Assembly (NCBI GenBank): GCA_035716005.1
Contig: DASTKG010000052.1
Location: 6,360 to 70,359, forward strand
DNA length: 64,000 nt
Source: Candidatus Eiseniibacteriota bacterium
GTDB taxonomy: Bacteria; Eisenbacteria; RBG-16-71-46; SZUA-252
Direction of reading: 5' to 3'
Made by a program: the position numbers and the translations under genes. Of the stretch, positions 58,249 through 64,000 are shown piece by piece. The first letter of the stretch is position 1, and each line of letters opens with the position of its first letter. Under the pieces are notes generated by a model that ran no database searches, had not been told where the DNA came from, and worked only from the letters and a program-made list of their open reading frames with translations.

Positions 58249-60528
58249 ATGATCCGGAACATCCTGAAGCTGGTCCCAGTCCTGCTCTTCGCGGCCGTCG
58301 CGGCTCTCTTCGCGGGTTGCTCGAAGGACAATACCGCGGGCCCGACTCCGGTGAAGCAGAACCCGGAGACCGAGCTGACGTACGCGCCGCTGCAGGGAGA
58401 CACCGCGGGGTATCGCGTCCGCCTCTATTGGAACGGCTACGATCGCGACGGAGAGGTGGTTCGGTTCCGCTACGCGATCGACTCCGACACGCTGGAGCCC
58501 GATCCCACGAAGTGGAAATCGACCACCGCCAAGGACACGACGCTGCTCCTTCTCGTCGACCCGGTGAAGGAGATCCGTGGGCACGTCTTCTGGGTCTCCG
58601 CGGAGGACAACGAGGGCCGGATCGATCCGACGCCCGCGAAGCGGTTCTTCTCCACGAAGACGATTCCGCCGACCTCGGAGATCCTCCGGGGACCGTCGGC
58701 GTTCAACGCGATCATCGGCCCGAACTTCACGTATGAATGGGAGGGGATCGATCCCGACGGCGGCGAGACGGGCGGCCGCGCTCCCTGCGATTCGTTCGAA
58801 TACCTGTTGCTTCTGATCGGGGCCGTGAACGATCCGAACACGCCGCCGACGCATCCGCCTCTCCCCCAGTTCAATCAGACGTTCTACGTCAATCTGATCA
58901 ACGCGAGCGTGAACGACACGCTCGTGGCGCCTCACGGAGACTGGCGCTGGACCGGAATCCGGGGAACCCGCCTGCGGGTCCGGAACGCGAGCCCCGGCGA
59001 GTACGTCTTCGCCCTGCGCGCGGTCGACCTGGCCGGCGCGCGTGAGAAGAACATCGCCTTCGTGCGGAACATCCGGCACTTCACGGTCACGAACCGGAAC
59101 CCCGGGCCGACGCTGACCATCGAGGCAAGCGTGCTGACGACGCCTCTGCCGACGGCGACGGGACCGGAGGATTTCCCGCGGCGCGAGATCCAGATCTTCG
59201 AAGGCGAGATCATCTCCTTCTCCTGGTCGGCGTCGGCCGACGCCTATGGCGGCAGCATCGTCGGGTTCACGTACGCTCTCGACGACACGGCGTCGTTCCC
59301 CGGCCTCGACGTCAGGAATATCGGCGTGACCTACCGGCCCCAGGATCTGGGCGTGGGCCTCCACTACCTTTTCGTGCGGGTCTTCGACGACGGCGGTCTG
59401 AGAACGAACGCCATCATCCCGTTCCGGATCGTTCATCCCACGTTCAAGGACCCGCCGGGTCCGTTGAACCCGCCGTCGTACCTCTACGTGGATGACGCCC
59501 TTTCTCCGGGCGTGAACAACAGGAATCGCTTCTTCAACTACCCGTCCGACGCCGAAGAGGACGAGTGGATGCGGATCAACGTCCTGACACCCATTTCTCT
59601 GGCCACCGGCGTCGGCAAGTCCGACTGGGACACGTTCGGCAAAGGCGACGAGGGCGGGGGAGGATCCCGAATTCAGCCCCTCCCGGCCGATCTGGCGCCC
59701 TACCGCGTCGTGATCTGGAGCGTCGACCACAACAACCAGGTCGGGAATCCGACGGCGCTCTGGCTGACCCTGGTCGGCGGGGCCTACAGCGATCTGGGCG
59801 GATACCTGCGCGCGGGCGGAACCCTGGTTCTCTACGGCTTCTCGGTCGCCAGCAGCATCGTACAGCCGACCACGGCTCTGACGGCGAACTTCTCACGAGG
59901 AATCTGCTTCGCGTTCCCGGCGAACACCCTCGGCTACAACCAGACGTTCTTCCCCCGGTCGATGATGGGGATCGACGGCGCCAGAGCCGCCGACGAAGGG
60001 TTGCGGAGGCAGGGCGCGAAGGACTTCCTGGAGGCGCGGGTGACCCCGCAGGGCGCCGCCCTCGGATATCAGACGGCGGTCGTCGACACGGGCGCGGGCA
60101 ACAAGTGGGACGGCAAGCTCGTGGCCGGAGATCCCGAGTCGTCCTGGGCTCCGGGCCTCCCGCGTATCGAAGGCTGGAAGATGGCCTCGCTCTTCAACTG
60201 CGAGCCGAGCCAAGGGCTCCTTCGCAAGGAGGACGCGAGCAGGCCGATCTCGACGCCTCTCTACACGTACCACGGGGCCCCGATCGGGATCTACATGACG
60301 GGGGCTCAGTCGCCGCGCGAGAACCTGATCGTCGGCGTCCAGGTGCAGGCGCACGACGTCGGCGGCTTCGGTGGCGGGACGGTCACACAGGGTTCCCTGG
60401 GCGTCATCGGACGCGTCGTGGTGCTCGGGTTCCCGATGTACTTCCTGAAGGATGCCCAGGCGACGTCGATCATGCTGACCGCCTTCAACTACGTGAACGG
60501 GTCGCCGACGCTGCCCCTGATGCCATAG
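58249..60528 (+). CDS. Lipoprotein with W-x-G-x-D-x-D-G modules (paralog B, 759 aa)
   Basis: Lipobox LFAGCS. The N-terminal repeats are homologous to the upstream gene (YRVRLYWNGYDRDGEVVRFRY; FTYEWEGIDPDGG). The C-terminal half is unique. The RBS GAGGAG 36 bp after the upstream stop suggests co-transcription. Confidence 0.75.
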   Translation: MIRNILKLVPVLLFAAVAALFAGCSKDNTAGPTPVKQNPETELTYAPLQGDTAGYRVRLYWNGYDRDGEVVRFRYAIDSDTLEPDPTKWKSTTAKDTTLLLLVDPVKEIRGHVFWVSAEDNEGRIDPTPAKRFFSTKTIPPTSEILRGPSAFNAIIGPNFTYEWEGIDPDGGETGGRAPCDSFEYLLLLIGAVNDPNTPPTHPPLPQFNQTFYVNLINASVNDTLVAPHGDWRWTGIRGTRLRVRNASPGEYVFALRAVDLAGAREKNIAFVRNIRHFTVTNRNPGPTLTIEASVLTTPLPTATGPEDFPRREIQIFEGEIISFSWSASADAYGGSIVGFTYALDDTASFPGLDVRNIGVTYRPQDLGVGLHYLFVRVFDDGGLRTNAIIPFRIVHPTFKDPPGPLNPPSYLYVDDALSPGVNNRNRFFNYPSDAEEDEWMRINVLTPISLATGVGKSDWDTFGKGDEGGGGSRIQPLPADLAPYRVVIWSVDHNNQVGNPTALWLTLVGGAYSDLGGYLRAGGTLVLYGFSVASSIVQPTTALTANFSRGICFAFPANTLGYNQTFFPRSMMGIDGARAADEGLRRQGAKDFLEARVTPQGAALGYQTAVVDTGAGNKWDGKLVAGDPESSWAPGLPRIEGWKMASLFNCEPSQGLLRKEDASRPISTPLYTYHGAPIGIYMTGAQSPRENLIVGVQVQAHDVGGFGGGTVTQGSLGVIGRVVVLGFPMYFLKDAQATSIMLTAFNYVNGSPTLPLMP

Positions 60529-60561
60529 GCCGCTCGGCCGCCTTCCCGCGGCACGCGACGG

Positions 60562-60602
60562 GGCCGCGTTCACCTCACCGGTGGACGCGGCCTCTCGCTT
60601 TT
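60562..60602 (+). terminator. Rho-independent terminator candidate
   Basis: GGCCGCG...CGCGGCC stem with an inner CACCGGTG palindrome, followed by UCUCGCUUUUCGG. Confidence 0.5.
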
Positions 60603-60739
60603 CGGACACGACGGCTCGGACTCGGGCGATCGACGGCAACTCCTGTTCCCGAGGCGCGACGAGCATCTCTCCCGTCGGTTGAATTTCAGTTCGCGGTTTC
60701 TCCGCCCGTCCTTGATTCTTCCGGCCAGTCGCTCTTCGG

Positions 60740-61115
60740 ATGCACGTCTGGGCGACGGACTCTCAGGACGCGAAGCGGACGCACGAGGGCGTGGTCCGGG
60801 CGTTCGAGCACTTCGGCGGCGTGGTGCGCGAAGTGCCGGTGGACAACCAGAAGTGCGCGCCGCTCGATGATCGTCCCGGGAACGGCCGCGGTTCAACGAG
60901 CGGTTCCTCGACCTCGGCCACCACTACGCTACGTGATGCGGAACTTCTTCGTTCGCTACCGCGAGTTCGAGAGCTACGCCCACCTGAATCAGCTCCTCGA
61001 GCGGTGGTTGAGAGAGGAGGCCGATCCCCGGATCCACGGCACCGTGCGGGAAGTGGTGGCGGCGCGGTTTCTCCGGGAGGCGCCGACGCTCACGCCGCCC
61101 CCTGGAGACCTATGA
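60740..61115 (+). pseudogene. istA: istA (IS21 transposase) C-terminal fragment, multiple frameshifts and internal deletion
   Basis: See the mobile-element entry. The segments are in frames 1, 0 and 2 in turn, with an in-frame stop after HHYAT. Confidence 0.7.
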
Positions 61116-61127
61116 GGAGGTGGCGAC

Positions 61128-61632
61128 GTGGAATTGACCACCTTCCTCGAACGGATGAAGCGGGAGCATCCGGCCGCGCGGATCGACAGCGTCTGCGAGC
61201 AGGCCGCGGGACAGGACCTCGACTACAAGAGGTTCCTCGCCCAGGCCCTGGTGACGGAATGCCAGGGCCGATTCCGTCGGGGGATCGAGGCCCGCGGGAA
61301 GCTGGCGCGGTTCCCCTGGATCAAGGCCCCTCGACCAGTTCGACTTCGACTTCCAGCCGAGCCTCGATCGGAAGATCGTGCGCGAGCTCGCCTGGCTCTC
61401 CGTCGTCGAGCGGGCGCACAACGTGGTGCTCCTCGGCCCGCCGGGCGTCGGCAAGACGGACCTGGCCATCTCGCTGGGGATGAACGCGGTCGAGGCAGGC
61501 TACTCTGTCCTGTTCCTCACCCTGGAGCAATTGATGACCCGGCTCACGCGGGCTCGGCAGGAGAACCGGCTCGAGCGCGCGCTTCAGCAGCATGTGTATC
61601 CCAGAGTGCCGATCCTCGACGAGCTCGGCTAG
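61128..61632 (+). pseudogene. istB: istB (IS21 helper ATPase) fragment, frameshift near 61325 and truncation after ILDELG
   Basis: Walker A GPPGVGKT is in a different frame from the N-terminal MELTTFLERMK segment. The C-terminal ~80 aa are missing. Confidence 0.7.
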
Positions 61633-61779
61633 GGCTAGAGCTGCCGGCTGAAGGAGAAACGCCGGGCCGGCCTTCTCGGCCAAATCCCCCAGCGCCAGCC
61701 CGAGGAGGTTGCCACGGCGGGACGATCGCATCGGCGATCAGGGGACAAAATCGTCGGCGATCGGGGGTGTGACGCGGTG

Positions 61780-61821
61780 GCCGACAAGGAAACGGCCGCG
61801 GAGCCGAGGCCCCGCGGCCGT
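61780..61821 (-). terminator. Rho-independent terminator for the minus-strand PD40/T9SS-CTD gene
   Basis: On the minus strand: ACGGCCGCGG-loop-CCGCGGCCGU followed by UUUCCUUGUCGG, 29 nt after the stop. Confidence 0.55.
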
Positions 61822-61849
61822 TCGTGCTTCTGTTACGAGTGGCTCTGGC

Positions 61850-63706
61850 TTACTTCGCCATCACCATCTTGACGACGTCGGACGTGATCTCGCTGCCCTT
61901 GCCGTCGCCGACCGAAGCCTTCGCGAAGTAGATACCCGAAGCAGCCTTCGCGCCGGTGCTGGTCGAACCATCCCACGCAGCCTCGTGCGAACCGGTCCCG
62001 TAGTTGCCGCTGGCGACGGTCTTCACGAGCTCGCCGCGCACGTTGTAGACGCGGACGTTCACGAAGCCGGGCTTGGCGACCGAGAAGCGGATCTTGGTCA
62101 CGGGGTTGAAGGGATTCGGCGAGTTCTGCTCGAGACGAACCACCTGGCCGGCCGCGTTGTTGGACGAGAGCTTGAGGTAGCCGTAGCCCTGGAACTGGCG
62201 GCCGCGGGTGCTCGAGTAAGCGGTAACCGGGCAGATGACGGTCTGATTGACGAGACCGAGAGCGACAAGGCGAGCCTCGACCGTCTTACGGTTGAGCTGC
62301 ATGATCGTCTCGTATTCCCCGCCGTTGACCTGGTTCGTCATCGCGGCGAACGGCGCACCGTTCACGGCCGAGGTCGGTCCAGGCTGGCCGAGGAAGGTCG
62401 GGCTGATGATGATCGAGTTGCGGTTCTTGATGCCCTCGTGTCCGGCCGGAATGCCGATGAAGCCCTTGTCGTCGACGTCGGCGACGGCCACGAATCCGGC
62501 GGCCTGCGTCTCGGCGGGCATGCTGATCGTCACGTTGAGATTCCCGCCATTGCTGCCCAAGTTGAGGGTCGTCGGGCTGATCGCGACGCCGAGCGGGAGA
62601 GCCGGGAAGCAGTTGTTCGCGCTGGCACGCCAGATGCCGAGACCGAAGTTGGCGCCCTGGCTGGAGCAGAGGAACAGGTTGTACGGGTTGCCGTCGAGGT
62701 TGAAGTTCGTCAGGGACGAGACATCCGGATCGGCGTCGCCGCGATTGTCGAAGAAGATGTCGCACTTCGACTGCGTCGCGAGGTCGAGCTTGAAGATGTC
62801 GGTGTTGTTGTTGATGTCCTCGCCCTGCGGAGCGTCATAGAAGATCGACGCGCCGTCGGACGACCACGACGGGTTGTTGTGCGAAATCGAGGCGAAATTC
62901 GTCTCGGCGAGGTAGAACGTGCCCGGAGCGTTGAGGTCGGCGATCTCGATCACGTTGCGGCCGAACTTGTTGGTCGCGTACGCGATCAGATTGTTGGGAC
63001 CCCACGTCGGGTTGATTTCCGACCGGGCGTCGTTCGTGGTGGCGCGCGCCGGGACGCCGACCGTGGCGGTCGGAACGTCGACCGAGACGTACCAGATGTC
63101 GGTCGAAGGACCCGCCGCGTTCGACGCGTAGCAGAGCGCCGTGCCGTCCGGCTTCCAATCGGGGGTGCGATTGATGACGCCGGGGGCGGCCGGGACGACG
63201 AGCAGGGGCGAACCGACCGGGGTCGTCGCGGCGAGCGTGGTCGTTCCGGTCATGTACTCCTGGACGTAGATCGCCGACTGCGTGATCTGGCCGTCCGTCT
63301 GCACGTACGCGAGGTACTTGCCGTTCGGGCTCCACGCCGGATCCGTGTAGGAGACCATGGCGGCGGGATCAAGGAGCATCGGACGACGAGCGTCCATAAT
63401 GTCGGCCACCGAGAAGCCGATCTGAGCGGCATTCTGGCCGAGCCAGATCGAACGAACGGTTTCGCTGCCGACCACGGTGCTGCGGGTGGAGAACGAGTAC
63501 CAGCGCTCGGTCTGCGCATGGCCGCCGTTCGCCCGGATATTGGCGTTGCGGAGCGACGGCTGCTCGCAGCCGTTCGCGAGGCCTGTGTTGAACGGTGCAC
63601 CATTCGTGAGGGGATCCCAGACCCCACGAAGGGCCGCACTCGCATGTACCGGCACGAGCGCGAAGAAGAGCGCCAGCAGCACGGTCACACCTAGCAGTTT
63701 CTTCAT
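61850..63706 (-). CDS. Secreted PD40/TolB-like beta-propeller protein with T9SS-type C-terminal sorting domain
   Basis: Signal peptide (MKKLLGVTVLLALFFALVPVHASA). PD40-like repeats (YTDPAWSPNGKYLAYV; NRTPDWKPDGTALCYASN; EINPTWGPNNLIAYATN; HNNPSWSSDGASIFYDA). The C-terminal ~90 aa match the T9SS C-terminal-domain pattern (NSPNPFNPVTKIRFSV..PGFVNVRVYNVRGELVKTV....SGIYFAKA....MVMAK). Confidence 0.85.
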   Translation of the reverse strand: MKKLLGVTVLLALFFALVPVHASAALRGVWDPLTNGAPFNTGLANGCEQPSLRNANIRANGGHAQTERWYSFSTRSTVVGSETVRSIWLGQNAAQIGFSVADIMDARRPMLLDPAAMVSYTDPAWSPNGKYLAYVQTDGQITQSAIYVQEYMTGTTTLAATTPVGSPLLVVPAAPGVINRTPDWKPDGTALCYASNAAGPSTDIWYVSVDVPTATVGVPARATTNDARSEINPTWGPNNLIAYATNKFGRNVIEIADLNAPGTFYLAETNFASISHNNPSWSSDGASIFYDAPQGEDINNNTDIFKLDLATQSKCDIFFDNRGDADPDVSSLTNFNLDGNPYNLFLCSSQGANFGLGIWRASANNCFPALPLGVAISPTTLNLGSNGGNLNVTISMPAETQAAGFVAVADVDDKGFIGIPAGHEGIKNRNSIIISPTFLGQPGPTSAVNGAPFAAMTNQVNGGEYETIMQLNRKTVEARLVALGLVNQTVICPVTAYSSTRGRQFQGYGYLKLSSNNAAGQVVRLEQNSPNPFNPVTKIRFSVAKPGFVNVRVYNVRGELVKTVASGNYGTGSHEAAWDGSTSTGAKAASGIYFAKASVGDGKGSEITSDVVKMVMAK

Positions 63707-63844
63707 TCCTTCATCTCCTCTCTAACGCGGGTAAAATCGAGAAGACACCTCAAGAGGATAAGGTAGACGACAGTCTGAGCCCGATCACCTCCTTATTAAC
63801 TCAGCTTTCAGAGTGACTCTAAAGTGATGTAATTACAAGCAATC

Positions 63845-63860
63845 GGGAACACGTGTTCCC
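63845..63860. promoter_or_regulatory. Perfect 16-bp palindrome GGGAACACGTGTTCCC (candidate operator)
   Basis: Positioned at about +11..+26 relative to the predicted minus-strand transcription start, inside the 5' leader of the 61850..63706 gene. Confidence 0.5.
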
Positions 63861-63877
63861 GCTTTCACACTCCAAGT

Positions 63878-63907
63878 AGTATACGCGTCCGATCGATGAA
63901 GTGTCAA
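63878..63907 (-). promoter_or_regulatory. Consensus sigma70 promoter (minus strand) TTGACA-N18-TATACT with upstream A5 tract
   Basis: Reverse complement of 63902..63907 is TTGACA. Reverse complement of 63878..63883 is TATACT. TTTTT at 63912..63916 supplies the A-tract. The promoter sits ~170 nt upstream of the CDS start. Confidence 0.6.
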
Positions 63908-63951
63908 GCAGTTTTTGGAAATCGTGACCGCCCCTCCCACCCAAAAACGTC

Positions 63952-63980
63952 TTGACACTCCACCACTTGGAGCCTAGTCT
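63952..63980 (+). promoter_or_regulatory. Divergent sigma70-like promoter AAAAAcgtcTTGACA-N17-TAGTCT reading out of the window
   Basis: Back-to-back with the minus-strand promoter. It has the same A-tract/TTGACACT architecture as the promoters at 52153 and 63907. Confidence 0.45.
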
Positions 63981-64000
63981 GCGGCCAGGGTCAGGCTCCG

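Larger units (their letters stand above)
60740..61632 (+). mobile_element. Degraded IS21-family remnant: frameshifted IstA C-terminal fragment plus frameshifted, 3'-truncated IstB
   Basis: IstA-like segments are spread across three frames (FGGVVREVPVDNQKCA; NERFLDLGHHYA; RNFFVRYREFESYAHLNQLLERWL...IHGTVRE). IstB-like segments are present (MELTTFLERM..., then after a frameshift LDQFDFDFQPSLDRK...VLLGPPGVGKTDLAI...ILDELG*). The IstA N-terminus, DDE core and inverted repeats are absent. Confidence 0.8.

Overview
High-GC (~70%) Gram-negative chromosomal segment, densely packed with genes, mostly on the + strand, with many 4-bp start/stop overlaps. Because of the GC content, every frame carries long Arg/Gly/Pro-rich shadow ORFs. 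I kept only ORFs with recognisable family motifs and coding-like composition.

Core region (1-52.1 kb), in order:
- a polysaccharide module: GH15-like hydrolase, GT2 processive synthase and a GT-C/DUF2029 membrane glycosyltransferase;
- a sigma54 activator, then tandem palindromes, a sigma54 promoter, hsp20 and dnaK;
- msrA;
- a very large membrane protein with three tandem VanZ domains, divergent from a second sigma54 regulator;
- an ECF sigma with a zinc anti-sigma, a GT9 heptosyltransferase, a HEAT-cyclophilin fusion and a GT-C-like membrane protein;
- a nucleoside salvage operon on the minus strand (hpt-udk-permease-PNP);
- a DUF5658 gene and a hypothetical gene;
- hom-thrC-thrB-lysC, then a TonB-C-domain protein, tolB, pal and cpoB;
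- clpB, an EIIA-Ntr-like gene and a PD40 lipoprotein;
- a Cys/Met PLP enzyme, a small VanZ gene, hisS and aspS;
- a second sigma54-promoter candidate, a LysM lipoprotein, phoH, a 7TM-HD protein, ybeY, DUF502, recO, glyQ and glyS.

The last ~12 kb (52.1-64 kb) is different. It contains:
- a low-GC 450-bp leader behind a perfect consensus sigma70 promoter;
- a 1248-aa secreted protein of unknown function with a T9SS-type C-terminal sorting domain;
- two paralogous lipoproteins with repeated W-x-G-x-D-P-D-G modules;
- a degraded IS21 (istA/istB) remnant;
- a minus-strand PD40 beta-propeller protein with the same T9SS-type C-terminal domain, driven by a consensus promoter with a perfect 16-bp palindrome operator.

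This 3' block is the best candidate for an undescribed cell-surface/secretion cargo module. No rRNA, tRNA or CRISPR array was seen.
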